Below, in pieces: positions 1 to 8,953 of a DNA stretch of 64,000 nt. Position numbers and translations under genes: made by a program. Origin of the DNA: Vicinamibacteria bacterium (lineage in GTDB: Bacteria > Acidobacteriota > Vicinamibacteria > Marinacidobacterales > Marinacidobacteraceae); contig OZ241322.1 of NCBI GenBank assembly GCA_965199715.1, positions 288,001 to 352,000 of the forward strand. Reading direction: 5' to 3'. Below the pieces are notes generated by a model. The model did not search any database, was not told where the DNA came from, and saw only the letters and a list, made by a program, of their open reading frames with translations. Position 1 is the first letter of the stretch. The number at the start of each line of letters is the position of its first letter.

Positions 1-83
1 GCGCGACCGGTCTCCGCCCGACGGATTGCAACCGAGAAGACGCGACACATTATGTCTATGCCGCTTGTCGTGGGCGGTTCGTG

Positions 84-2729
84 CTAGGCGTCCGACAGAT
101 CCTGGATCGCCGACCGGATCCGTTCGGCGAGCGCCGGGAACCCGTCCGCGTTCGGGCCGCCGCCCTCGGCGCGGTTCGCTCGCCCGCCGGCGCGTCCGCC
201 GATCTCGGCGACCGCGTCCGCGAGCAGCCGGTTCGCCGGAAGGCGGCGGGCGAGGTCGTCCGAGACCGAGAGGATCACGGCCGCCCGGCCGTTGCGGACG
301 GTCGCGACGAGCGCCGCCCAGGGGCCGCTCTTCTGGCGGTCGCGGAAACCGTCCATGAGCCGGCGGTGCTCGCTCTTCGAGACGTCCTCGAACGGCGGCG
401 GCGCCCAGAGCCGGACATCCCCGAGACGCTCGATTCCGTCGTCGCTTCGCGCGCCGCCGGCGAGCCGGTCGGTGAGCCTTGAAATCTGCTGACGGGCCGC
501 CCGCAGGTCGGCCTCGAGCTTGCCGAACCGGGCCGGGGCCTCGTCCGGCCGGCTGCGGGCGGCGCGCCCGATCTCGCCCAGCAGGCCGCGGCTCCTCCGG
601 ACGTGCGCGAGCGCCGAGGCTCCGGTCCACGCCTCGATCCGGCGCACCCCGGCGGCGACCGACTCCTCGGACGCGATGAGGAAGAGCCCGGCCTCGCCGG
701 TGCTTCCGAGGTGGGTGCCCCCGCACAGCTCGATGCTGAACTCGGGGATCTCGATCACCCGGACCTCGGTCCCGTACTTGTCGCCGAAGAACGCGAGCGC
801 CCCCCGGTCGAGGGCGGCGTCGAGCGACATCACGCTTGCGAGCACCTCCCGGCTGGCGCGGATCTGCTCGTTCACCCGGCCCTCGATGGCGTCGATCTCG
901 CCGGGGGTGAGCGCGGCGAAGTGGGTGAAGTCGAAGCGCAGCCGCTCGGGCGCGACGAGCGAGCCGGCCTGCTTCACGTGCGGCCCGAGCGTGTCGCGCA
1001 GCGCCGCATGGAGCAGGTGGGTGACCGTGTGGTGCTGGCGGGCGCCGTCCCGCCGGGCGCGGTCCACGAGCGCCTCCAGCCGGTCTCCGACGCCGATCGA
1101 GCCGTTCGTGACCTTGACGGAATGCACGACCAGGCCGTCGCGCGTGCGCGTGTTCACGACGTCGGCGATTCCGCCCGGTCCGCGCAGGACCCCGCGGTCG
1201 CCGATCTGGCCGCCGCCCTCCGGATAGAACGGGGTGCGGTCGAGGATGAGTTCGCCCCGGGCGCCCTCGACGAGCGCCGGCGCCGGGCGGGGCGCTCCCT
1301 CCTCGCCAGCTTCGAGCGTCGCGAGCGTGACCGCTCCGGGCGTCTCGGTGGACCCGTACCCGGTGAACTCGGTGGGGCGGTCGCCGGCGAACTCGCGATA
1401 GCGGGCGCGCCCCGCGTCGGGCGCTCCCTTCCAAGACCGGCGGGCGCGCTCGCGCTGGGCGCTCATCTCGGCCTCGAACCCGGCGGCGTCCACGACGAGT
1501 CCGTTCTCGCGGGCGATCTCCTCGACGAGGTCGAGCGGCAGCCCGAAGGTGTCGTAGAGTCGGAAGGCGTCCGCGCCTCGGATGCGGCCCGCGCGGCGGA
1601 CGTCGTCGCACTCGAGGATGCGGTCGAGCTGGGCCATCGCGGTGCGCAGCGTTCCCGAGAAGCGCTCCTCCTCGAAGCGCGCCACCCGCAGCGCGAGGTC
1701 CCGCGAGCGGCGCAGTTCCGGATACCAGCGCTCCATGCGCTGGATCGCGAGGTCGGTCAGGTCGGCGAGGAACGGGCCCTCCACCTCGGCTTTGCGTCCG
1801 TAACGAAGCGCCCGGCGCAGGATCTTCCGCAGCACGTAGCCACGCCCGTCATTGCCGGGGAGCACGCCGTCGGCGATGAGGAACGCGGTGGCGCGGGCGT
1901 GGTCCGCGAGCACCCGCGCGCTGGCCTCGAGCGCGTCGCCGGGCGGGGAGGCGGCGCGCTCCCGGACCCACGCGGTGAGGCCGGAGAAGAGATCGGTTTC
2001 GTAGTTGGAGCCCACGCGCTGGAGCACGGCGGCGAGGCGTTCGAGCCCCATCCCGGTGTCCACCGACGGAGCCGGCAGCGGCCGCATCGCGCCCGACCGG
2101 TCGCGATCGAACTGCATGAAGACGAGGTTCCAGATCTCGAGGTGCCGGTCCTCGCCCTCGAACCCGGGGCCCTGGTCGTAATGCACTTCCGAGCACGGGC
2201 CGCAGGGGCCGGTCTCGCCCATGGCCCAGAAGTTCTCGGCCGCCGGAAGCGCGTGGATGCGCTCGGCGGGGAGGTGTTTCCGCCAGAAGCGCTCGGCGTC
2301 CTCGTCCCGGGGCGTTGCGTCGTCGCCGGCGAAGAACGAGGCCGACAGCCGGTTGGGGTCGAGGCCCAGGTCCCGGGTCAGGAACTCCCACGCCAGCGCG
2401 ATCGCCTCCTCCTTGAAGTAGTCGCCGAAGGAGAAGTTCCCCAGCATCTCGAAGAACGTGTGGTGCCTGGGAGTGAACCCCACGTTCTCGAGGTCGTTGT
2501 GCTTGCCCCCGGCGCGGACGCACTTCTGGACGGTGACCGCCCGGGGCGGGGAACCGGGCGGCGCAAGCCCGAGGAAGATGTCCTTGAACTGGTTCATCCC
2601 GGCGTTCGCGAACAGCAGCGTCGGATCGCCGAGCGGGACGAGCGGCGAGCTGCGCACGACGCGGTGATCCCGCTCCTCGAAGAACGAGACGAACGCCTGG
2701 CGCAGGTCGTCGCTGCGGGTCGGGGTCAA
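84..2729 (-). CDS. alaS: Alanine--tRNA ligase
   Basis: Last ~881 aa of ORF 84..5813: LLFANAGMNQFK, CVRAGGKHNDLENVG, LEIWNLVFMQF, editing HTVTHLLH and ELCGGTH, C-terminal DHHA1-like end. TTG start overlaps the recX stop (TTGA). Confidence 0.97.
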   Translation of the reverse strand: MTPTRSDDLRQAFVSFFEERDHRVVRSSPLVPLGDPTLLFANAGMNQFKDIFLGLAPPGSPPRAVTVQKCVRAGGKHNDLENVGFTPRHHTFFEMLGNFSFGDYFKEEAIALAWEFLTRDLGLDPNRLSASFFAGDDATPRDEDAERFWRKHLPAERIHALPAAENFWAMGETGPCGPCSEVHYDQGPGFEGEDRHLEIWNLVFMQFDRDRSGAMRPLPAPSVDTGMGLERLAAVLQRVGSNYETDLFSGLTAWVRERAASPPGDALEASARVLADHARATAFLIADGVLPGNDGRGYVLRKILRRALRYGRKAEVEGPFLADLTDLAIQRMERWYPELRRSRDLALRVARFEEERFSGTLRTAMAQLDRILECDDVRRAGRIRGADAFRLYDTFGLPLDLVEEIARENGLVVDAAGFEAEMSAQRERARRSWKGAPDAGRARYREFAGDRPTEFTGYGSTETPGAVTLATLEAGEEGAPRPAPALVEGARGELILDRTPFYPEGGGQIGDRGVLRGPGGIADVVNTRTRDGLVVHSVKVTNGSIGVGDRLEALVDRARRDGARQHHTVTHLLHAALRDTLGPHVKQAGSLVAPERLRFDFTHFAALTPGEIDAIEGRVNEQIRASREVLASVMSLDAALDRGALAFFGDKYGTEVRVIEIPEFSIELCGGTHLGSTGEAGLFLIASEESVAAGVRRIEAWTGASALAHVRRSRGLLGEIGRAARSRPDEAPARFGKLEADLRAARQQISRLTDRLAGGARSDDGIERLGDVRLWAPPPFEDVSKSEHRRLMDGFRDRQKSGPWAALVATVRNGRAAVILSVSDDLARRLPANRLLADAVAEIGGRAGGRANRAEGGGPNADGFPALAERIRSAIQDLSDA

Positions 2730-3211
2730 CTCGGGGCCTCCGCCCGGGCGATGGCCTCCCGGATGACGGACGGCGAGAAGCCGCGGCCGTAGAGGCGGCG
2801 GCGCTCGCCCGCCCGGTCCGGTGGGTTGCGCCTCTCGCGCATCCGACTGAGCGCTTCCCGCGCGCCTTCCAGCTCGGCGTCGTCGGCGAAGGCGGCGCGC
2901 ACCGCGTCCTCGATCAGGTCGTCGGGGAAGCGGCGCCGGCGCAGCAGGGCCGCGACCCGCGCCGGGCCGTGGAGCCGGCGCCGCGCCGCCCGGCCCGCCA
3001 CTTCCCGGGCGAGGGTCGCGTCGTCCACGTAGCGGCGCTCGCGCAGACGGTCCACGACGTCCTCCACCTCGTCCTCGGGAACCTCCCGATCCCGCAGCCG
3101 CACCCGCACTTCTCCCTCGCTGAGATCCCTCCGGGCGAGGGCGGCGAGAGCCGTCACCCAAGCCGAACGCGGCGGGGCGGCGGAGCGGCGGCTGGATGGA
3201 CGGGGCGGCAC
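2726..3211 (-). CDS. recX: Regulatory protein RecX
   Basis: LARRDLSEGEVRVRL...VDD...A, GPARVAALL, LYGRGFS three-helix-repeat pattern; adjacent to alaS. Confidence 0.85.
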   Translation of the reverse strand: MPPRPSSRRSAAPPRSAWVTALAALARRDLSEGEVRVRLRDREVPEDEVEDVVDRLRERRYVDDATLAREVAGRAARRRLHGPARVAALLRRRRFPDDLIEDAVRAAFADDAELEGAREALSRMRERRNPPDRAGERRRLYGRGFSPSVIREAIARAEAPS

Positions 3212-3217
3212 CTTCGC

Positions 3218-3223
3218 AGCCTA
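3218..3223 (-). promoter_or_regulatory. Putative -10 box TAGGCT for leaderless recX
   Basis: TANNNT whose TAG is the kinase stop codon, 6 nt upstream of the recX GTG; no SD. Confidence 0.45.
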
Positions 3224-4183
3224 GCGCACCCCCGTGGCGGCCCCGTGGCGCGCCGCGCCGCAGTGGGCGCACGCCGGCGCGAAGGGATGGAGCGGACGGC
3301 GGCAGCGCCAGCAGGGCTGCGGGCGGACGGGATCGCCCGAGCGGATCCGCCCGCGCACGGTGGCCCAGTCCGAGGCGTCCGCGCCCATCGAGAGCAGCGC
3401 CTTGAGGTCGCTGCCCAGCTCCTCGATGGCGGCGTACCGCTCGGAGACGGCGGGGGCGAGCGCCCGCGCCACGACCGCGTCCACGTCCTCGGGAACGCGC
3501 GGATTGCGCTTGCGGGCGCTGGTTTCGCCCCCTTCGAGGATGCGTTCCCGCAGGCGCTCCGGGTTCGGATCCTCGTAGGGAAAGCCGCCGGTGAGCGCCT
3601 CGAAGAGGACGACCCCGGCGGAATAGATGTCCGACCCGAGGCACGCCCGCCCGGCGAGCTGCTCGGGGGCCATGTAGAGCGGGTTGCCGATGGGGCCGGG
3701 GTCCTCCTCCGCCACGGTGACCCCCCGGGCGAGGCCGAAGTCGCTGATCTTCGCGGTTTCGCCGGAAAGCAGGACGTTCGCGGAGTTGAGGTCGCCGTGG
3801 AGCACCTCCTGCTCGTGCGCGTGCCCGAGGCCGGCGCAGACCTGAATCACGATTCCGAGGGCGAGCGCGGTGGGAAGGGGCCCCTCGAGCCCGATCCGGC
3901 GCGAGAGCGAGGAGCCGTCCACCCACTCCATGGCCACGAAGAGGTTCCCCTCGTGCTCGTCGCAGGTGAGCAGGCGCACGATGTTCGGGTGGTCGAGGCG
4001 AGCGAGGATCCGGCACTCCTCGAGAAGGGCCTCGCGTCCCTCGGCGCTCTGGTCGTGGGGAATCTTGATGGCCCGCAGCGCCCCGACCAGCGCGTCCTGG
4101 ACCAGATAGACCGCCCCGAACGTCCCCCGGCCGATGTGGCGCCGCACCTCGTACTTGCCGATCTTCTGGCCGAGGAGGAACAT
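3221..4183 (-). CDS. Soluble Hanks-type Ser/Thr protein kinase with C-terminal zinc ribbon
   Basis: IGRGTFGAVY, AIK, HPNIV, HGDLNSANVLL, DFG, YMAPE, SDIYSAG; C-terminal CWRC-x10-CAHC; no TM segment. Confidence 0.92.
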   Translation of the reverse strand: MFLLGQKIGKYEVRRHIGRGTFGAVYLVQDALVGALRAIKIPHDQSAEGREALLEECRILARLDHPNIVRLLTCDEHEGNLFVAMEWVDGSSLSRRIGLEGPLPTALALGIVIQVCAGLGHAHEQEVLHGDLNSANVLLSGETAKISDFGLARGVTVAEEDPGPIGNPLYMAPEQLAGRACLGSDIYSAGVVLFEALTGGFPYEDPNPERLRERILEGGETSARKRNPRVPEDVDAVVARALAPAVSERYAAIEELGSDLKALLSMGADASDWATVRGRIRSGDPVRPQPCWRCRRPLHPFAPACAHCGAARHGAATGVR

Positions 4184-4201
4184 GGAGGCGGGCGCCGAAT
4201 C

Positions 4202-4909
4202 CTAAGCGTCGCGGGGCGGAACCGAACCGAGAATTCGGGCCGCTGCCACGACGGCCGCCGTGCCGACGCGCAGCACGCGGCCTCCGAGCCCGAGCGGACG
4301 GAATCCGCGGGCCGCTGCCGCCTCCGCTTCCGCCCGGGTGAACCCGCCTTCGGGTCCGATCGCGAACGCCGCGTCTTCGGTCGGCGGCGCGGGACCCCGG
4401 GCCGCTCCGGGCAGCGCGATCCAGCGGGTGGTCGGGAGATCGCCCTCGATCCACGCGCCGAACGGCGCGGCGGGCTGGACCCGGGGGAGGCGGGCGCCGC
4501 CGCCTTGACGGACGCCCGAGAGCGCCGCCGCCTCCCAGCGCCGGAGCCGCTCGCGCGAACCCTCGCAGCGCTCGGTGAGCAGCGGAACGATGCGCGCCGC
4601 TCCGAGCTCGGCGAGCTGGCGCACCAGCGCGGTCATTCCGTCGCCCTTCGGAATCGCCACCGCCGCCGTCAGCCGGATGGGCGCCTCGGGGGTGGGGACG
4701 GCGTCGCGGCAGCGCACCTCCACGACGCCCTCCGACTCCCCGGCGACGGCGGCGGCGAAGGCGCGCCCCGCGCCGTCGAAGACCTCGACCTCGTCGCCGC
4801 GCCGGAGCCGCAGCACGCGCCGCGCTCTCGACGACTCTCCAGGATCGAGCGCGAGGACCGCGCCCGGCGCGGCCTCGGGCAGGAAGAACCTCGGGGTCCG
4901 GGCGCTCAA
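4202..4909 (-). CDS. rsmE: 16S rRNA m3U1498 methyltransferase
   Basis: RVLRLRRGDEVEVFDG, ELGAARIVPL, IGPEGGF, LGGRVLRVGTA. TTG start overlaps the dnaJ stop. Confidence 0.93.
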   Translation of the reverse strand: MSARTPRFFLPEAAPGAVLALDPGESSRARRVLRLRRGDEVEVFDGAGRAFAAAVAGESEGVVEVRCRDAVPTPEAPIRLTAAVAIPKGDGMTALVRQLAELGAARIVPLLTERCEGSRERLRRWEAAALSGVRQGGGARLPRVQPAAPFGAWIEGDLPTTRWIALPGAARGPAPPTEDAAFAIGPEGGFTRAEAEAAAARGFRPLGLGGRVLRVGTAAVVAAARILGSVPPRDA

Positions 4910-6075
4910 GAGAAGAGCCGGCTGAACAGCGACGGCCGATCGCGGTCCTTCGCCTGCTCGTCCTCGTCCGAAGCCGCGAAGTCGGATTCTCCGTCGTCGC
5001 CGCGCATCGCGTCCCGAAGCCGCTCCACCGCCCGGCGCTCCTCGCGCCCCATCCGCCGGGGCACCTCGACCCGAATCTGAACGAGGTGGTCGCCGTGGGC
5101 GCGGCCCTGGATTCCGGGGAACCCGCGGCGCCGCATCCGCAGCCGGGCTCCCGGCTGGGCGCCGGCCGGAATGCGCAGCGATTCCTCGCCGCGCACGGTC
5201 TCGACCTTGAGGACCGTCCCGAGCGCCGCCTCGGGGAAGCTGATCGACGCCTCGCCCAGCACGTGCGCCCCGTCCCGGCGCAGGCGGGCGTGGGGCCGGA
5301 CGTGGACGACCACGTAGAGGTCGCCCGGCGGTCCGCCGGAACGTCCCAGCTCGCCGGCGCCGGGAACCCGCAACTGGTTGCCGTCGTCGATTCCCGCCGG
5401 AATCCGCACCGTGACCTCGCGCTCCCGGCCGCGCACGCCCTCGCCGCCGCAGGCGCGGCAGGGGTTGCGGTTGATGCGGCCCGCGCCCCGGCAGCCGGAG
5501 CACGTCTGGCGAAGGACCATGAACCCGCGGCGCACCGTCTCCTGGCCGGAGCCGGCGCAGCGGCCGCAGGCGATGGGTTGCGCGCCGCCGGCGCCCCCGG
5601 TTCCCGAACAGTCGTCGCACGGCTCCTGCCGGGAGACGAGGATGCGCTCCTCCCGCGCCTCCACGGGCGCGTCGAAGTCAATCGTGAGGCGGACCTGGAG
5701 GTCGCCCCCCCGCGCGGGGCCGGCGCGCCGGCCGGTCCCGCCGAACATGTCCCCGAACATGCTCTCGAAGACCCCGCCGCGGAACAGGTCCTGGAAGTCC
5801 GAGAAGATCTCATGGTTGACGTTCGAGGCGGCGCCGCTGAGCCCGGCGTGGCCGAGCCGGTCGTAGCGCTCGCGCTTTTGCGCGTCGCCGAGCACTCCGT
5901 AGGCCTCCGAGGCCTCCTTGAAGGCGTCCTCGGCCTTCGCGTCGCCCGGGTTCTTGTCGGGGTGCCAGCGCACCGCGAGCTTGCGGTAGGCGCGCTTGAT
6001 CTCGTCGCTGGACGCGCCGCGCTCGACGCCGAGGACGTCGTAGTAGTCGCGACGGCTGGTTTCCACCGGCGTCAT
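4906..6075 (-). CDS. dnaJ: Chaperone DnaJ
   Basis: J domain DYYDVLGV...HPDKN, G/F region, four CxxCxGxG motifs. Confidence 0.97.
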   Translation of the reverse strand: MTPVETSRRDYYDVLGVERGASSDEIKRAYRKLAVRWHPDKNPGDAKAEDAFKEASEAYGVLGDAQKRERYDRLGHAGLSGAASNVNHEIFSDFQDLFRGGVFESMFGDMFGGTGRRAGPARGGDLQVRLTIDFDAPVEAREERILVSRQEPCDDCSGTGGAGGAQPIACGRCAGSGQETVRRGFMVLRQTCSGCRGAGRINRNPCRACGGEGVRGREREVTVRIPAGIDDGNQLRVPGAGELGRSGGPPGDLYVVVHVRPHARLRRDGAHVLGEASISFPEAALGTVLKVETVRGEESLRIPAGAQPGARLRMRRRGFPGIQGRAHGDHLVQIRVEVPRRMGREERRAVERLRDAMRGDDGESDFAASDEDEQAKDRDRPSLFSRLFS

Positions 6076-6644
6076 GCCTCGGAGATCTCGGCCGCTTCAT
6101 CAACCGGGCCGGGAGTCTCGGGGGCATCGCCCATGGCGACGACGACGCTGGCCGGCCGCACCAACTGGTCGCCGAGCGTCCAGCCGCGGCTGAGGACGCC
6201 GACCACTTCCTCGTCCCGCTGGCCGTCCTGCGCCGGCGCCCGCTGGAGCGCCTCGTGGACCCGCGGGTCGAACGGCTCGCCGAGCGCGGGAACCTCGCTG
6301 AAGCCGTGCTGGGCGAGGGTCTCCTCGAAGCGGCGCAGCACAAGCCGCACGCCGGTGAGCATCGCGTCCGCGTTCTCCGCCGACTGGGGGCCCGCGACCG
6401 CGCGCTCGAGGTCGTCGAGCACCGGAAGGAATCCGCCGCCGACCCGAGCGAGAACGCGGGAATGGGCCTCCTTGCGCTCGATCTCGGCGCGCCGGCGGGC
6501 GTTCGCGAAGTCGGCCTGCGCGCGGCGCGCCAGATCCTTCGCGGCGACCGCCTCGCGCTCGGCGCGCTCCAGCGCCGCCCTCAGTTCGGCGAGCTCCGGT
6601 TCGGTCGCCGGCTCCTCGGCGGCGACCGCTGCTTCTTCGGTCAT
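6072..6644 (-). CDS. grpE: Nucleotide exchange factor GrpE
   Basis: ADFANARRR, LPVLDDLERA, GEPFDPRVHEA, RPASVVV; ATG at 6644 preceded by GAGAGGA. Confidence 0.95.
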   Translation of the reverse strand: MTEEAAVAAEEPATEPELAELRAALERAEREAVAAKDLARRAQADFANARRRAEIERKEAHSRVLARVGGGFLPVLDDLERAVAGPQSAENADAMLTGVRLVLRRFEETLAQHGFSEVPALGEPFDPRVHEALQRAPAQDGQRDEEVVGVLSRGWTLGDQLVRPASVVVAMGDAPETPGPVDEAAEISEA

Positions 6645-7357
6645 GGTCCTCTCTTCCCGGGCGACCGGCAGGCTAGCACAGCGAATTCGGCGTGGAACGC
6701 GTCCGTCAGCGCCGCCGCGACCGCGTCCCGAGCTGGCGGCGAAGCGGTCAGCTCCGCGACCCCGACGGCAGGAACCGGAGAATCGGGGGGCAGGCCGGCC
6801 AGCTCGTTCACGAGGTCCCGCCGGAGCGTCCAGGGGATGGATCCGTGCTGCAGGAACGCGCCCTGCGACCAGCGCTGCGCGCCGGAGACGAGCTTTCGGC
6901 CGCCGGCGGTGATCTCGTGGCCGGTGGACACCGCGAGGCAGGGAAGCCGCGCCGACTCCCGGTCGCGGCGGCTCGCGGCGGACGGCGGCGGGTCGAGGTC
7001 GAGGAAGCGCGACAGCGCCGTCCAGATCACGCGCATCACCCGCACGTAGGCGGCGCGGACCCCGGCGCAGGCGCCCGCCGGCGCCGCCACCGCGTAGGTG
7101 AGCTCGTCCGGGAGGTGCAGCAGCGCGCGGCCGCCGGTGGGGCGCCGGACCCACGGGATCCGCGGCGCTCCGGGCGCGAGCGCGTCCTCGAGGCGCTGGC
7201 GATGGCCGAGGGTCAGCGCGGGACGCTCCCAGCGATAGAGCCGCAGGGCGGGGGGCGCGCCGGCGACCGCGCCCCGCAGCAGCTCCCGGTCCCGGGCCAT
7301 GTTCGCCGGCCCGTCGGCCGGGGGGGCTACTCGAGCAGCGTCCGGAGCTCGGTCCAC
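6641..7357 (-). CDS. Lipoate-protein ligase A / octanoyltransferase LipM family
   Basis: [45 protein letters not shown]. Start uncertain (GTG 7357 after AGGAG, inside the ald 3' end). Confidence 0.85.
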   Translation of the reverse strand: MDRAPDAARVAPPADGPANMARDRELLRGAVAGAPPALRLYRWERPALTLGHRQRLEDALAPGAPRIPWVRRPTGGRALLHLPDELTYAVAAPAGACAGVRAAYVRVMRVIWTALSRFLDLDPPPSAASRRDRESARLPCLAVSTGHEITAGGRKLVSGAQRWSQGAFLQHGSIPWTLRRDLVNELAGLPPDSPVPAVGVAELTASPPARDAVAAALTDAFHAEFAVLACRSPGKRGP

Positions 7358-8442
7358 TCCCGCTCCTGCGAGCGCGCCACCGGCTCCGAAGTGAGCCGCC
7401 CGCGCCAGGTGTTCACGCCCGGATAGAGCCACGGATCCTGCTGGACCGCCTCGCGCAGCCCGAGGCCGGCGATCTTCAGGGCGAACTCGAGCGTGACGTT
7501 CGTGAGCGCGAAGGTCGATGTCCGGGGCATCGCGCCGGGCATGTTGGCGACCGCGTAGTGGACGATGTCGTCCACCCGGTAGGTGGGCTTCGTGTGGGTG
7601 GTGGGCCGGGTGGTCTCGGCGCAGCCGCCCTGGTCCACGGCGACGTCCACGATGACGGCCCCCGGATGCATGTGGGCCAGCATGTCCCGGGTGATGACCC
7701 GGGGCGCCGCCGCTCCGGGGACGAGCACCGCGCCGATCACGAGGTCCGCCTCGGAGAGCGCCTCCTGAAGCGTGATCCGGCTGGACATGAGGGTCGAGAC
7801 GCGGCTGCCGAAGATGTCGTCTAGATACCGCATCCGCGGCACGCTCTTCTCGATGATGGTGACCTCGGACCCGAGCCCCACCGCCATCTTGGCCGCGTTC
7901 AGCCCCACGACGCCGCCGCCGATGATCACCGTCCGCCCCCGGGGGACGCCGGGCACGCCCCCGAGGAGGATCCCGGACCCGCCGCAGCCGATGTGGAGGT
8001 GGTGCGCCCCCTCCTGGATCGACATCCGCCCGGCGATCTCGCTCATCGGGGTCAGCAGCGGGAGGCTGCCGTCCGGCGCCGTGATCGTCTCGTACGCGAC
8101 CGAGGCGACCCCCCGGTCCACGAGGGCGCCGGTGAGCTCGGGAAGCGCGGCGAGATGGAGGTACGTGAAGAGGATCTGGTCCTCCCGGAGCAGCTCCACC
8201 TCCTCGGGCAGGACCTCCTTCACCTTCACCAGCATCTCGACGGTCGCGAAGACCTCCTCGCGGGTGTCCACGATGCGGGCGCCGGCGGCGGCGAACTGCT
8301 CGTCGGTGATCCGGCTGCCGAGGCCGGCTCCGGCCTCCACGAGCACCTCGTGCCCGGCGGCGACGAGCGTGCCCACGCCGCCGGGCACGAGGCCCACGCG
8401 GTTCTCCGTGTCCTTGATCTCGCGGACGGTACCGAGGATCAC
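7327..8442 (-). CDS. ald: Alanine dehydrogenase
   Basis: [49 protein letters not shown]. Confidence 0.97.
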   Translation of the reverse strand: MILGTVREIKDTENRVGLVPGGVGTLVAAGHEVLVEAGAGLGSRITDEQFAAAGARIVDTREEVFATVEMLVKVKEVLPEEVELLREDQILFTYLHLAALPELTGALVDRGVASVAYETITAPDGSLPLLTPMSEIAGRMSIQEGAHHLHIGCGGSGILLGGVPGVPRGRTVIIGGGVVGLNAAKMAVGLGSEVTIIEKSVPRMRYLDDIFGSRVSTLMSSRITLQEALSEADLVIGAVLVPGAAAPRVITRDMLAHMHPGAVIVDVAVDQGGCAETTRPTTHTKPTYRVDDIVHYAVANMPGAMPRTSTFALTNVTLEFALKIAGLGLREAVQQDPWLYPGVNTWRGRLTSEPVARSQEREWTELRTLLE

Positions 8443-8840
8443 TTCGCTTCTCCTGAAACCGCGGGGCCGGGTTCGTCGCTGCGGCCCGAACGGGTCACCC
8501 CGTGGAACGTCGCCCCCGGGCTGACGGCGAGGCTCGGGGTGGTGATGTCGCCGATGACCCGCGCCCCCGCGCCGAGCACGACTTCCTCGCTGGCCACGAG
8601 GTCGCCGACCACGGTTCCGTGCACCTCGATGCGCCTTGCGGCGACGTCCGCCTCGACGCGGCCGGAGGACTGCACGACGACCTCGCCCTTGGATTCGATC
8701 GCGCCGCGAAGCGATCCTTCAATGAACACGTTGCCCTCGCCGGCGATCTCGCCGCTGATCCGCAATTCGGCGCTGATCCACGTTGGCCGGCTGCTGGAGT
8801 CGGAGTCGTCCGCCGGATCCCGGGAACGGAAGAAAGGCAT
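8439..8840 (-). CDS. Bactofilin (polymer-forming cytoskeletal protein)
   Basis: [26 protein letters not shown] beta-helix repeats. Confidence 0.9.
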   Translation of the reverse strand: MPFFRSRDPADDSDSSSRPTWISAELRISGEIAGEGNVFIEGSLRGAIESKGEVVVQSSGRVEADVAARRIEVHGTVVGDLVASEEVVLGAGARVIGDITTPSLAVSPGATFHGVTRSGRSDEPGPAVSGEAK

Positions 8841-8862
8841 GGAATCGAGCGGACTTCAGGCG

Positions 8863-8935
8863 AGCGGGCGACGGGGCTCGAACCCGCGACCCCGAGCTTG
8901 GGAAGCTCGTGCTCTACCGACTGAGCTACGCCCGC
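8863..8935 (-). tRNA. tRNA-Gly(CCC), CCA not encoded
   Basis: GCGGGCG-TAGCTCAGTCGGTAGAGC-A-CGAGC-TTCCCAA-GCTCG-GGGTC-GCGGG-TTCGAGC-CCCGT-CGCCCGC-T folds as a cloverleaf; TACAAT -10 at 8947-8952. Confidence 0.97.
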
Positions 8936-8953
8936 AACGAAGCGGGATTGTAG

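Noticed and set aside
61-77. Hairpin after alaS as an intrinsic terminator
   Set aside because: Weak stem and no U-tract on the coding strand.
2730-5813. 1909-aa ORF suggesting a giant AlaS fusion
   Set aside because: The upstream ~1030 aa are R/P/G/A-rich off-frame read-through over recX, the kinase, rsmE and dnaJ.
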